A stretch of DNA of 64,000 bases from an uncultured virus (IMG/VR IMGVR_UViG_3300048762_000476) (Duplodnaviria; Heunggongvirae; Uroviricota; Caudoviricetes). The number at the start of each line of letters is the position of its first letter. The stretch's first letter is position 1. Where the stretch lies: the IMG/VR virus record IMGVR_UViG_3300048762_000476. The stretch is one strand, 5' to 3'. Positions 27,534 through 37,835 of the stretch are shown here, in pieces. Below the pieces are notes generated by a model, which saw nothing but the letters and a program-made list of their open reading frames with translations, was not told the origin of the DNA and did no database searches. Both the position numbers and the translations under genes were made by a program.

Positions 27534-29657
27534 CTACGCGGCAGCGCTCGCCAGCGTGGTGGCGTCGGCGGGCTGGGTCCCCTCGGCACTGTCGTGGCTG
27601 GGTGCGCTGAGGGTCTCTGCGATGAAGCGGCTGGGCCCGGTGCTGCGGCCTTCGCGGCGCAGTGCGTAGGAGAGAACGAGGACCCGGATGGCGCGCGTCT
27701 CTAGGACGTACCCCATGCGTCTCTCTTCTTCGAGCTCCTCTTGACTGTTTGCGTGGTAGGACGGCATTACGCCTTTCTCAAAGCCCGCACCGATCACGAC
27801 TGGCCGCTCGAGGCCCTTGAACCCGTGGACCGTGCCGATGGTGACCCGGCCTTTCTCGCTGTCGGGGCCCGAGAGGTCATCGCGGCCGGCCAGCATCACG
27901 TCCGCCAGCCAACCCGCGAGCGTCGGCTCGTCGGTCAGGCTTTCATATGTACGGGCGGCGTCACACAGTGCGTCGAGCCGCTCGAAGCGCTGCTCACTGT
28001 CCTCGTCGTCGCTGAGGGTGTCGGCGACACCTTGCGCCATCCGGATCACCTCGTGCGTCAGCGAGCTGACCGTCCGCGAGCTTACTTGCGCGGTGAACGT
28101 GAGCATGTTGCAGGCGAAGCGCCTGATGTTCTCCCGTGCTTGGCTGCTGCGAACGTCGTTGATCAGGTCGATCGCGCTCGCGGCCTCCAGCAGCGTTAGG
28201 CGGTTGCGCTCGGCGTAGGCGACGATCTTCGCGATCGTGCCCGTCCCGACCTTCGGCCGTATCCCGAGCGCCCTCCCGAAGGCCGCCTCGTCGCGCGGGT
28301 TGCACAGCACCCGAAGGTGAGCGAGCGTCGTGCGGATCTCCTTACGCTTGAAGAAGCCGTGGGAGCCGATCACCTGATAGCTGATTCCCGCCGCCGCCAG
28401 CGCGTGCTCAATACCGTCGACGATATTTCCCCACCGTGCGAGGACGGCGATGTCCCGCTCGGGAATTCCCTGCTCGATCGCGCGCTGGATCTGGAACGCG
28501 ATCCATCTCCCCTCCTCAGTGCCGGTGGCACAGCAGTGCACCATGACCTCTGGGCCGTCCTTGGTTTTCCAGTCCGCCTCGAGGATCATCGGGCGCTGAA
28601 GTAGGTTGTGAGCGATCAGGGCGTTCGCGGCCGCGAGAATCTGCGGGGAGTTGCGGTAGTTGCGCTTTAGCGTCAGCACAGTCGCGCCGGGGTATTCCTC
28701 CTCGAATCCCAGGATCAGCCGCACGTCGGCGAGACGGAAGCCATAGATGACCTGCTTGTCATCGCCGACGAACATCAGGTTGCGCTGCGGAGGACCTGCG
28801 CACCCCGACTGCCAACGCGCGCGAAGTTCCGGCTCGGGCTCCGCAGGGCCGGCGAGCTGCGCCAGCAGGCGCGCCTGCGCCGGGTTCGTGTCCTGAAACT
28901 CATCGACGAGGACGCTCGTCCAAATCCGTTGGTAGGCGGCCCGCAGATCGGAGTGGTCCTTCAGTAGCTGCACGGTGCGCAGCAGCAGGTCGTCGAAGTC
29001 CAGCGCGTCGGCGCGCCTGAGCTCGAGCTCGTACTCCTGCCAGACACGCGCGACGATCAAGCTCGTCTGGTCGATCGCGAGCGACGCGTAGCGTTCGAGC
29101 GGAACCGCATGGTTCTTGTTGACGGAGATCTCCTTCAGCACTGCCGCTGGGCCGATCTGAGCCGCCTCGGCGTTGCTCAAAAGCCGCCTGATGGCTCGTT
29201 GTGTGTCGTCTTCGTCGTAGATGCTGAACCGTGCCGTGCGATTCACGCGTTGTGCGTGGCTGCGCAGCACCCTGGCGCAGATCGAGTGAAAAGTCCCTGC
29301 TTGGATTCGCTCGGCGTCTGCTCCGCACAGCCACTTCAGGCGGCCGATCATCTCCCGGGCCGCCTTGTTCGTGAGGGTGAGCGCGAGGATCGACTCTGGC
29401 TGAACACCGCGGTCTTCAAGCAGGAACGCGGCGCGGTGGATCAGCACGCGGGTCTTGCCGCAACCCGCGCCTGCCATTACGAGCACCTGCGGGTCCGGGC
29501 AGCTGACGGCGACGCGTTGTTCGCGGTTCAGTTCTTTGAGCGCATTGACCGGTTTGCGGGAGGGGTTGAGGGAGTTGCCCTCGATCAGGTTCAGACGCCT
29601 GGGGGACGACGGGGTCTGTGCGAGATCAGAGACGGGCTCGCTGGGAATCGGGGGCAT
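27534..29657 (-). CDS. UvrD/PcrA-family ATP-dependent DNA helicase
   Basis: LN.EQ, AGAGCGKT, GTFHS, VDEFQDTN, VGDDKQ.IY, RNYRN, TVHGFKGLE, EEERR..YV..TRA. Confidence 0.92.
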   Translation of the reverse strand: MPPIPSEPVSDLAQTPSSPRRLNLIEGNSLNPSRKPVNALKELNREQRVAVSCPDPQVLVMAGAGCGKTRVLIHRAAFLLEDRGVQPESILALTLTNKAAREMIGRLKWLCGADAERIQAGTFHSICARVLRSHAQRVNRTARFSIYDEDDTQRAIRRLLSNAEAAQIGPAAVLKEISVNKNHAVPLERYASLAIDQTSLIVARVWQEYELELRRADALDFDDLLLRTVQLLKDHSDLRAAYQRIWTSVLVDEFQDTNPAQARLLAQLAGPAEPEPELRARWQSGCAGPPQRNLMFVGDDKQVIYGFRLADVRLILGFEEEYPGATVLTLKRNYRNSPQILAAANALIAHNLLQRPMILEADWKTKDGPEVMVHCCATGTEEGRWIAFQIQRAIEQGIPERDIAVLARWGNIVDGIEHALAAAGISYQVIGSHGFFKRKEIRTTLAHLRVLCNPRDEAAFGRALGIRPKVGTGTIAKIVAYAERNRLTLLEAASAIDLINDVRSSQARENIRRFACNMLTFTAQVSSRTVSSLTHEVIRMAQGVADTLSDDEDSEQRFERLDALCDAARTYESLTDEPTLAGWLADVMLAGRDDLSGPDSEKGRVTIGTVHGFKGLERPVVIGAGFEKGVMPSYHANSQEELEEERRMGYVLETRAIRVLVLSYALRREGRSTGPSRFIAETLSAPSHDSAEGTQPADATTLASAAA

Positions 29658-29746
29658 CGCTCACGCTCCTTTCGAGGGTCGAGCTGCAGAGGTCCCGAAG
29701 CGTGCGGTGGCGCTCGGGCGCCCGCCGCACCGGTCGGCCGCGGGCA

Positions 29747-30793
29747 CTAGAAGCCGGATTCCGGTGCTGGCCACGGCACGCGAGGCGACTCGGCGATCGC
29801 GACCGCGTCCGCTGCCCGGGCGGGCGGGAGCGATGCCAGACTGGTTTGCTCGCGTGCGCCTTCCTCGACATCGAGCTCGATCGACTCGTCGATCACGACG
29901 ACCCGCCTGACGCGCCGCTGCTCGAGGTCGACCAGCACCTCGACGCCCATCAGGTAGGCGACCCGCACGGTGGTGGCCTGACCGGCGTCTTGGTGCGATG
30001 CGGGGGCACGGCGCGCGGCGATCAGCCGCCGCGTGTTCTCGGCGATGCCGTCGCGCAGCTCCCGCGTCTGGCTGTCCTGGCCCTCGGCGGCGTGGTTGAG
30101 GGCGGCAATCCGTTCGAGCTGCGCGACGCTCCAGCGCACGCGCCGTCTGAACTGCAGACGCGGAAGCTCGCGCATGATCCGCTCACGGATCTCCTGCGCG
30201 CTCGGCGGCTGCCACGGCTGGTCGCGGTCTGTGTCCGGTTCGCGCTCGGCGAGCGATCCCGTGGGCGTGTCGGGGTCCTGTTCACCAGCGTGGATGAGCG
30301 CCACGTTCAGGAGACCCTCAAGCTCCCAGCGAATCTCCCGCGGCAAGCTCTCGGGGAGCGCGAGCGCAGCGGCGCTGATGTCTTTGACGTTGATGTCGTG
30401 CTTGGCGACGAGGCGCCGGATCCGCTCTTGTGCGAGCGTGGCGCGCTGGCGCGAGAGCGCGCGCGTCAACTCGCCAACCTCGGCGAGCGCGCTCGCGAGC
30501 TGCACATCCTCGAGCAGCTCTACGCCAGCGACCGCGTCGAGCTCGGTCTGCGAGCGGTCGCAGTACTCCTCGTGGACGGCGGCGAAATAGTCGGTGATTG
30601 TCTGCTCGTCATCGATGGGTGGCTCCTTGCTCACCGCGGGGTCGTCGCGCTGCGCCTCGCTCCAGTTGGCGCGGCAGTACGAGGCGAGCGCGGCGGCGCC
30701 GGCGGTTGCGGTAGCGGCCGCGTGGATGCGGCATCCGTTTTCGTTGGTGACGAGCGCGGTGAAAACCGTCCCGTCGAGTGTTGTCTCAGACAT
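29747..30793 (-). CDS. Hypothetical protein (348 aa)
   Basis: Start MSETTL with RBS GAAAAGGGG; upstream part of the called ORF overlaps the ligase gene. Confidence 0.7.
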   Translation of the reverse strand: MSETTLDGTVFTALVTNENGCRIHAAATATAGAAALASYCRANWSEAQRDDPAVSKEPPIDDEQTITDYFAAVHEEYCDRSQTELDAVAGVELLEDVQLASALAEVGELTRALSRQRATLAQERIRRLVAKHDINVKDISAAALALPESLPREIRWELEGLLNVALIHAGEQDPDTPTGSLAEREPDTDRDQPWQPPSAQEIRERIMRELPRLQFRRRVRWSVAQLERIAALNHAAEGQDSQTRELRDGIAENTRRLIAARRAPASHQDAGQATTVRVAYLMGVEVLVDLEQRRVRRVVVIDESIELDVEEGAREQTSLASLPPARAADAVAIAESPRVPWPAPESGF

Positions 30794-30938
30794 GGGTGAG
30801 CCCCTTTTCTTTGGTGGTGGACGGGTGGATCCGGCGAGCGGCCGCGCGCCAGGGCGGTTGGGGCGCGCGGGTGTGAGCACGCCCCGGCGAGCGGGCCGGA
30901 GCTGTTCGCAGGGCTTGTTGTCGGCCGGCTGCGGGGAG

Positions 30939-32090
30939 CTAGATGCGCAGGCCGCGACGGTGGATCTCGGCGCGGACGATCTGCAGATCGCCGTCGGGGT
31001 CCTGGGAGTGCTTCTCGATGCAGCGTTCGTAGGCGTCCCCAGTTCGCGTCTCGAGCGAGCGCTCCGCGTCCAGGAGCTTCGGGTCGCCCATCTGGCGGTA
31101 GTTGCGTGGCTTGCCCGGGCCCTTGCTCGGCCCAGCAGCGACCTTCGCGGGGTCGATCGTCCGCGGCGCCTTCGCCGGGCGTGATGCGGGCGCCTTCTCC
31201 GCCGGGTGGCGGACACTGAGGAATACCGGGTGGCGCAGCGCGCCGGAGCGCTCAACGCCGTGGTGGGCGAGTTCGAGGATCCGCCCGAGATATGCGCGGG
31301 GCTGCTGGTCGATGTGGTGCAGATCCCGCTCACGCAGGCCGCTGGCGACGCGGCCGCCGCCTTTGCCCTCTAGCTGGAAGCCGAGCGAGGTGACGTTGCC
31401 GGTGCCGTCGCGGACGATCTCGTTGCAGACGGCGTCGATCGTTTCCTGCGGCTTGTAGCGCTGCCAGTCGGCGCGGCCGCCGTGGCGGTAGAGCGAGTCG
31501 CGGTGCTTGACGACGACGCCCTCCTTGCCGCGGTCGAGTGCTTCTTGCGCGTACTCAGGGGTTGCGGGAACATGCTCGAGGAGCACCGCGGGCAACGCTG
31601 CGTCGGGCTCGACCGAGAGCACCGGCCCAAGCAGGTTCGCGAGCTGGGTGAGGCGCTCGTGCAGCGGAAGGTCGCGCAGGTCCTCGAAGGCGATGAACAG
31701 CACGTCGAAGATCGCGAAGGTGAGCGCGGGGTCCTCGACGGTCGGGGTGTGCGCGCTGGCCGACTCGAGGATCGTGCCGGTGCGGCGCAGAACGCGTGGA
31801 CGGACGCGGTCGACGAGCTCACCGTCGAGGACGGTGCCCTCCGGCACACCGCTCCCCCAGAGGTAGCTCGGGATGTAGGGGACCTGGCTGATCAGGTGCC
31901 CGTTGCGTGAGCGCAGCATCCCGTCGGTCGCCGTCATGGCGCAGAGCGCGCGCCACCCATCTTCCTTCCATGAGGCGAGCAGCGTGGGGTCGTCGGGAAC
32001 GCGGTCGAGCGATCCGGGTCGACAGAGCATTGGTATGCCGATCGGCCGATCCGAAATGTCGAACGCGGGCAGTAGGGCGGGATTCGCCAT
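30939..32090 (-). CDS. Minimal ATP-dependent DNA ligase
   Basis: Motif I KEDGWR, III LDGELV, IIIa FAIFDVL, IV EGVVVK, V WQRYK, OB-fold GRVASGL and LRHPVF. Confidence 0.88.
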   Translation of the reverse strand: MANPALLPAFDISDRPIGIPMLCRPGSLDRVPDDPTLLASWKEDGWRALCAMTATDGMLRSRNGHLISQVPYIPSYLWGSGVPEGTVLDGELVDRVRPRVLRRTGTILESASAHTPTVEDPALTFAIFDVLFIAFEDLRDLPLHERLTQLANLLGPVLSVEPDAALPAVLLEHVPATPEYAQEALDRGKEGVVVKHRDSLYRHGGRADWQRYKPQETIDAVCNEIVRDGTGNVTSLGFQLEGKGGGRVASGLRERDLHHIDQQPRAYLGRILELAHHGVERSGALRHPVFLSVRHPAEKAPASRPAKAPRTIDPAKVAAGPSKGPGKPRNYRQMGDPKLLDAERSLETRTGDAYERCIEKHSQDPDGDLQIVRAEIHRRGLRI

Positions 32091-32226
32091 GAACGTCTCC
32101 TTCGTTTGAGTTGGGGCGCGCCCGGCGTCCGGTGTGGGACGCGGACGCGCATCGGTGGGCAGCCCGGAGCAGTTCGGCCCCGGGATGCCCGTACGGGCGC
32201 GGTCGACGCTCAGGGGTGTCGCCGGT

Positions 32227-33198
32227 TCAGGCGGCGGCGCGGTGCGAGCGCGCGTCGTCGAGCACGCTCCAGTCGGCGGTATCGATCAGCCGGCTCTCGC
32301 CCGAGCGCGAGTCGGTCACGCGGACCGCCCATGTCGCTCCCAAGTCCTTGAGGTCACCGTCGAACTCTTCTGCGACCCTCGTGAACGGGTCGCCGTCACG
32401 GTCTGGGTCGGGGTCGTAGGCGATGTCGAGCGTCGCCGTGAACTGCGCCGCTGTGACGGCGCCTGGCGCAGCGTCGCTCGCGTCCGTGTCTTCGCATTCG
32501 CGGCAGAGGGTCTGCCCGTCGCCTTCGAGTTCGTGCTCGCAGCGTGCGCAGGCGCCGGGGAGAACTCGGTAGCGCGCGAGCCCGGTGAGCGTGAACGTGT
32601 CGTCGCCGTGGAACTCGATCTCGGCGACCTTCGGCCAATACAGCCAGGAGATGACGTCGGGGTCGAACTCGTCGCCGCCGTGGGGGTGGCAGCCGCGCAC
32701 GGCAATCGCGTTCGTCTGCGCCTTCTCGATCCGTCGTGGTGCCTGTGCTCGGGTGAGGTTGAGATGCTCGAGGTCGGTCGAGACGATCTCAAGGCGCGCG
32801 CCGGGCTGGCAGGCACGCTTGATCGCCGCGAGGGTGCTCAAACACACCGTGTCCTCGCCGGTCTCGGGTGCAGGTGGCTGTGATGCCGCTGCCGGGGTGG
32901 CGGGCTGGGGGCTCACTGCGACCGTGCCGAACGGGATATGCGGCGTTTGTTCGCGGGTGAGGATCCGTACGAGCTCGGCGGCGCGCTGCGCGGCGTCTGC
33001 GATGTCGCGGGTATGGGTGATCGTGAAGCGCAGCTCGATGCGCTCCCCCTGTCGGGTGACGAGGAGGTTGCGGGCGGCGAGCCGCGGAAACTCGCCGCAG
33101 CCGACGAGCCGCGCCGGGTTTGCGAAATCGGCGCGCAGGCGCCTCAACGTCAGCGTGCCGCGGTCGATGAGCGCGACGCAGGCGTAGTCGGTGCTCAT
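32227..33198 (-). CDS. Hypothetical multidomain protein with Zn finger
   Basis: CARC...CREC; coupled to the upstream gene; RBS GGAGGAG. Confidence 0.7.
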   Translation of the reverse strand: MSTDYACVALIDRGTLTLRRLRADFANPARLVGCGEFPRLAARNLLVTRQGERIELRFTITHTRDIADAAQRAAELVRILTREQTPHIPFGTVAVSPQPATPAAASQPPAPETGEDTVCLSTLAAIKRACQPGARLEIVSTDLEHLNLTRAQAPRRIEKAQTNAIAVRGCHPHGGDEFDPDVISWLYWPKVAEIEFHGDDTFTLTGLARYRVLPGACARCEHELEGDGQTLCRECEDTDASDAAPGAVTAAQFTATLDIAYDPDPDRDGDPFTRVAEEFDGDLKDLGATWAVRVTDSRSGESRLIDTADWSVLDDARSHRAAA

Positions 33199-33662
33199 GG
33201 CCGCTCCTCCGTCGATCCGAGCGCTCCGATCGCCGCGCCGAGAACCTCGAATGGATCCTCCTCGAACTCGGTCGAGCTCCAGTAGGCGACTTCCTCGCCG
33301 TCGCCGTCGCTGACGCGAAGCGAGTCGACCGGATTGGGGGCCAGGTCAAAGCGGATCGTCCGCCCACTGAGCGGCGCGGCGACGGCGCACTCCTCCCAGT
33401 CCCAGGGATCCTGGTCTGCGGGCTGCGGCAGATCGGGGTTTTCGGCGCGTCCGGGGATCAGCGCGTCGGCGAGCCGCGTGAGCTCGGCGAACGCGTCGGC
33501 CCGGAACGCCTCGGCGTTGGTGCGGTAGATCTCAAGGACGTCGAGCGTGATCGACGCCCACGTGCAGTCCGCGGGGTAGGCAGGGCAGCTGAGCGTGTGC
33601 CCGTTCTCGAGCGGCACGCTGTAGATCGCAGGCGCCTCGGGCGCCCTGTTGGGTGAACTCAT
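33195..33662 (-). CDS. Hypothetical protein with internal duplication (155 aa)
   Basis: Start MSSPNR (RBS GAAGGAG); two similar halves. Confidence 0.7.
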   Translation of the reverse strand: MSSPNRAPEAPAIYSVPLENGHTLSCPAYPADCTWASITLDVLEIYRTNAEAFRADAFAELTRLADALIPGRAENPDLPQPADQDPWDWEECAVAAPLSGRTIRFDLAPNPVDSLRVSDGDGEEVAYWSSTEFEEDPFEVLGAAIGALGSTEERP

Positions 33663-33853
33663 CAGTTCTCCTTCACGGGTATTGGCGGCTGTGCCGCCAC
33701 CTGGGTTTCCTTGCAAGCGCGTCAGCGGTGGTGCGGTGGATCTGCACTCCGGCGAGGCTGACCGCAGCCCAAGTGCAGTCCTCGGGATGCGCCGGGCAGG
33801 TGAGCGTGCGTCGGAAGCCGCGCGCTCGGCTCGGGCCCCGAGATCGGTCCGCG

Positions 33854-35488
33854 TCAGTCGGTGGGCTTGGTGAGCGCGATCGTCACGGTGTTCACGCTTG
33901 TGCCGGACTCCTTGAAGGCGTCGGGCGGGTTCTCGGTGATCGACCCGTCGTCGTTTCGCTCGATGAGCTCGCGCAGGCCGCAGGTCGCTGCGTCGCTGCG
34001 AAACGCGACGCCGGCGGAGGTGATCGCGGCGAGTCGTCCGCCGGGGGCCAGCAGGCGGTAGGCGTGCATCACGTGTGCGACGTCCTGGCGTTGCTCGAAC
34101 GGCGGGTTCATCACGATCCGCTCGAAGCGTCCGGGAAGCGCGGTCGTTGTGAGGAAGTCCCCGCAGATGAGCTGCGGCGGGCGGTAGCCGGCGCGATCGA
34201 GCGCCTGGTGGTGGGCTGGGTCGCGCTCGAGGAGGTAGAGCCGCTCGGCGGGCACGATCTCTGCGAGCAGGTCGGCGATCGCGCCGCGGCCCGCGGACGG
34301 CTCGAGCACGAGGTGCTCGGCGCGCACGTCAGCGAGCGCGACCAGCTGCGCGGCGAGGGCGGGCGGTGTCGGGACGTACCCGGTCAGCGTGCGCTTGAGC
34401 ACCTTGCCGTCGATGATCGTCGCGACTTCGTCTGCGATCGGCTGGGCGGCCGGGAAGACGTGCCCGCCGCGGCGGCGGTTCCATTTGCCACCGAGCGCGG
34501 TCAGGACCTTGTTGACCGCGTCGTAGTGGAAGCGGTCGAGCTGTTCGGGGAGCACGACGAGACTGTCGGTGATCTCGCAGCGTGCGAGGACCGCGACGAC
34601 GTCCCGCTCGACCGTCGTGCGGCGTACCGGAGCGGTCCCGTTCACCGACAGGGCCGCGTGGGTCTCGGCGCTGAACAGCGTCTGCTGCGCCTGGGTGAGA
34701 GCGCGACGGGCGGTCGCTTTGGCGGCGGTGTTTGCCGTCGCACGGTGGGATGTGTGGCGTTCGAGTTGCGCTGCGGCCCGGCGCGCTTGTCCGCTGTCGC
34801 GTGGCGGCTCGACGTTGCGCTGTCCGCCTGGCAGGGTGCGGGTGACGCCGCCGAGCGCGTCGATGCTCGCTTTGATCCCGGTTCCCCGCTCGGCCGGTTC
34901 GACCTCGATCACGCCGTCCTGCAGGCGCCGTACGTATGGGCTGTGGCCGGCGTCGCGGAGCGCCCGGCAGAGCTCCTCCAATCGCTCGTCGCGCTGCGCG
35001 TACGGGTAGGGCGGGATCGTGTCGGCGTCGACGTAGGCGAGCCAGTGCCCGCCGACGATCTTCCCGTGACTGGCTATGACGAGCACCCGGCCTGTCTGCG
35101 CGTGGCCGATGAGCCTGAAGTGCAGCTGGTCATCGTCGGTGACGATCCGGCAGCGGAGCACGTCGAGCGTCGCATCGGTCGGGACGGCGGCGATCGCGCG
35201 GTGCTCGGGTCCGCCGAGCTCGCTGAGGTCGATCGTGCAGTACGGGCCGATCTCGTTGTCGGCGAGCGGGCGCCCGGCGATCGTGCGCTTCGCGCCACCA
35301 GCACCGGCGGCGGCGGCCACATCGACGATGTCCCACTCGCCGAGGTACTCGATCACCTCGGCGAGGTCGCGTGTCGCGAGCGCCACCGGGTGGTACAGCC
35401 CGTCTGCGGGGTCGTCGTGCTCGGCGAGCGACGGGTCCGCTCCGTTGGTGTCGTGCGTCCCGCACTTGCGTGGGGTCGTGTTGATCAT
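33854..35488 (-). CDS. Amino-type (NPPF) SAM-dependent DNA methyltransferase with N-terminal extension (544 aa)
   Basis: Start MINTTP (RBS GAAAGGAAG); YVPTP, VLEPSAGRGAI, IVMNPPF, LAPGGRLAAI, FKESGT.V.T. Confidence 0.82.
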   Translation of the reverse strand: MINTTPRKCGTHDTNGADPSLAEHDDPADGLYHPVALATRDLAEVIEYLGEWDIVDVAAAAGAGGAKRTIAGRPLADNEIGPYCTIDLSELGGPEHRAIAAVPTDATLDVLRCRIVTDDDQLHFRLIGHAQTGRVLVIASHGKIVGGHWLAYVDADTIPPYPYAQRDERLEELCRALRDAGHSPYVRRLQDGVIEVEPAERGTGIKASIDALGGVTRTLPGGQRNVEPPRDSGQARRAAAQLERHTSHRATANTAAKATARRALTQAQQTLFSAETHAALSVNGTAPVRRTTVERDVVAVLARCEITDSLVVLPEQLDRFHYDAVNKVLTALGGKWNRRRGGHVFPAAQPIADEVATIIDGKVLKRTLTGYVPTPPALAAQLVALADVRAEHLVLEPSAGRGAIADLLAEIVPAERLYLLERDPAHHQALDRAGYRPPQLICGDFLTTTALPGRFERIVMNPPFEQRQDVAHVMHAYRLLAPGGRLAAITSAGVAFRSDAATCGLRELIERNDDGSITENPPDAFKESGTSVNTVTIALTKPTD

Positions 35489-35517
35489 GCGCGCTTCCTT
35501 TCGGTCGTGGTCCACGC

Positions 35518-36123
35518 TCATGGAGTACGCGGCTCGGCCTTGGCGGCGGTGAACGTCCAGCCGTCGACGCTGACGCGCCGCCCCTCGCGCAGGGCGGTGA
35601 TCGCGTCCTCGTCGAAGTCGCGGCCGCAGAGCGCCATCTCCTGCCCGTGCGGGCCGCACGGCGTGTTGATCGTGTGGCGGGCGGTGAGATCGTTCAGGTC
35701 GGCGTCGGTGAGGGTGATCTGTGCACAGCGCAGCTGCTCGTAGTGCTCGATCAGCTCGTTGGCGTGCTCTACGAGGATTCGGACGGTCTCGATCGCGTGC
35801 GCGGCGCCACCCCCGCGGGCCTCGACGAGTTCTTTGATCTCGATTGGACGCATCGAGAGAAGCGGGTAGGCGTAATCGCCGGCGATCATCACGAGCACGC
35901 TCGAGCGGGAGGCGCGGACCTCGATCCGCAACTGGGGCGCGCACGCAGGGGCAGCGATCGCGTCAGCGTCGAGCGCGTCGGCGAACATCTCGTCGATCAC
36001 GGTGGCGGTCGCGTGCTCGTCGTGCGCGTTGACATCCCGGTAGAGCTCGGGGTCCTGGTGATCGCCGATCCAGGCGGCGTAGCCGCTGGTGTCGAGGGTG
36101 AACTGGTTCTCCTCTGCTGACAT
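35518..36123 (-). CDS. Hypothetical protein (201 aa)
   Basis: Start MSAEEN (RBS GAAAGGGA). Confidence 0.7.
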   Translation of the reverse strand: MSAEENQFTLDTSGYAAWIGDHQDPELYRDVNAHDEHATATVIDEMFADALDADAIAAPACAPQLRIEVRASRSSVLVMIAGDYAYPLLSMRPIEIKELVEARGGGAAHAIETVRILVEHANELIEHYEQLRCAQITLTDADLNDLTARHTINTPCGPHGQEMALCGRDFDEDAITALREGRRVSVDGWTFTAAKAEPRTP

Positions 36124-36327
36124 GTGTGTTCCCTTTCGCTTCGCGATAGTTGGGTTGCTCGCGCCGCCATGACGAGGCGTCACGCGGCGACTGGTTGTGC
36201 CGGCGGCGAGCGCACGGCGGAGGTGGCGGTGAACGTCCTCGTTCGAGCGCACGCCCGGCACCGGCCGGGCCGCGAGGGGCGCGGGCCCGGCACGGTGTGC
36301 TCGGGTGTCGTGGCGAGGGTGGCGCCG

Positions 36328-37176
36328 TCAGGCGGCTTGGTCGAAGAGCCGCGGGGTGAGCTCGCGCTCGGCGGCGACGCGCCGCCAGACGATCTCGAGC
36401 GTTGCGCGCCGTCCGACGCGCGCGGTGCGCACGTGATGGGGGATCTCGTGGCGGGTGAACCCGTTGCGCTCGAGCATGTGGTAGGAGTGGTGCTCGTAGC
36501 CTGAGAGCAACACGGACGCCGTGAGCTCGAGGACGCTTGTGATGAGTTCGTCGTGGTCGCGGGCGGTGAGCTCGAAGCGGTAGCCGTGGTTGCGCCCGAC
36601 GCGTGAGCGTGTCTCGGGGTGGTAGGGCGGGTCGAGGTAGAAGCACGCCCCGGGCGCGTCGTAGCGCGCGAGCAGCGTGCGCCAGTCGAGATGCTCGACC
36701 TGCACGCCCCGTAACCGGGCGGCGAAGCGCTCAAGCTCGTCGATCGTCGCCGCGAACGACGCGGCTCGGGTGCCGCCCGCAAGCGCACCGTTCAGTTCGT
36801 GGCCCCAGCTTTTGGAGGCTGAGCAGCCGAAGGCTTGGCGCATTCGGACGTACCAGCGACGCGCCCGCTCGAGGTCGTCCTCGACGCTCTCCCAGCTGTC
36901 ACGGCAGAGCGTGAACTCCTCGCGTGCGTACGGCGTGAGGCCCAGCAGGCGGGCAAGCGGCTGCGGCTGATCGCGAAGGCAGCGGAAGAACGTGACGAGA
37001 CCTGAGTCGATGTCGTTGTAGACCTCGAGCGTCGCGCGCTGCTTTGCGAACAGCAGCGACGCGGCGCCGCCGAATGCCTCCACATAGGTGTGGTGGGCCG
37101 GGAGCATTGCTGTGAGCCGATCGGCGAGGTGCGCCTTGCCGCCGTACCAGCTGATCGGCGCCTTCGGCGCGCTCAC
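36328..37176 (-). CDS. Dam-like (D12 class) DNA adenine methyltransferase
   Basis: WYGGK, YVEAFGGAAS, EVYNDID, FYLDPPY, LSGY. Confidence 0.92.
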   Translation of the reverse strand: MSAPKAPISWYGGKAHLADRLTAMLPAHHTYVEAFGGAASLLFAKQRATLEVYNDIDSGLVTFFRCLRDQPQPLARLLGLTPYAREEFTLCRDSWESVEDDLERARRWYVRMRQAFGCSASKSWGHELNGALAGGTRAASFAATIDELERFAARLRGVQVEHLDWRTLLARYDAPGACFYLDPPYHPETRSRVGRNHGYRFELTARDHDELITSVLELTASVLLSGYEHHSYHMLERNGFTRHEIPHHVRTARVGRRATLEIVWRRVAAERELTPRLFDQAA

Positions 37177-37835
37177 CGCGCGGCCTCCTCGATCATCCGG
37201 TTTGCGATCGTCGTGCTGTTGTTGGCGAGGAGGTGGCGGATCTGCGCATCGCGACCGTCGTTGTTGATCTGCGAGGCGTTTCTGGCGCAGCTGTCGTGGA
37301 CGGCTTCGTCGAGCTCGTCCTCATCGAGCGCGCCTTGCTCGGCGCGCTCGATCAGCTCGCGGGCGTATGCCTCGCGGCGCTGCGATGCCGCGATGTAGCC
37401 GCCGGTGCGCTCAGCGCCGAAGATGTCGTAGAGCGCTTCGACGGTGGCGCGCACGCGGGTGACGGGCGGCGCGCCGACCTCTGCGCGCAGCTCGCGGGCG
37501 AGATTCTCGAGCTCGCCGGGGAACGCAGGCGCACTGTCGATGCGGACGAGCAGCTCGTCGATCTCGCGTGCGCGGAGCGTGTCGGGGTCGTAGGTGACCA
37601 TCAGTTCGCCGTGGTGTGGCAGACGCTGCTCGCGGAGGTAGCCGCGCAGACGCTCGGCGTCGCGGCCGTTCGCGGGCTCGATCGAGATTCCCGCTCGATC
37701 GGGGTCATACGGTGGAGCGGGGATGCCGACGGCCTCGTAGCAGCTGCGGTGCTGCTGCTCGCTGAGCGTGGCTTCGATCAGTATCTCCTCGCCGTCGTAG
37801 TTGTAGGCTCGGCCGTAGGGGTCGGTGACGCGCAT
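37173..37835 (-). CDS. Hypothetical protein (220 aa)
   Basis: RBS GAGGAG; stop overlaps the start of the dam-like gene. Confidence 0.72.
   Translation of the reverse strand: MRVTDPYGRAYNYDGEEILIEATLSEQQHRSCYEAVGIPAPPYDPDRAGISIEPANGRDAERLRGYLREQRLPHHGELMVTYDPDTLRAREIDELLVRIDSAPAFPGELENLARELRAEVGAPPVTRVRATVEALYDIFGAERTGGYIAASQRREAYARELIERAEQGALDEDELDEAVHDSCARNASQINNDGRDAQIRHLLANNSTTIANRMIEEAAR

Noticed and set aside
33653..35743. 696-aa plus-strand ORF (and similar 29618-30799, 37233-38390, 47621-48655)
   Set aside because: Antisense shadows of motif-bearing minus-strand genes; common in high-GC DNA; no recognisable motifs.
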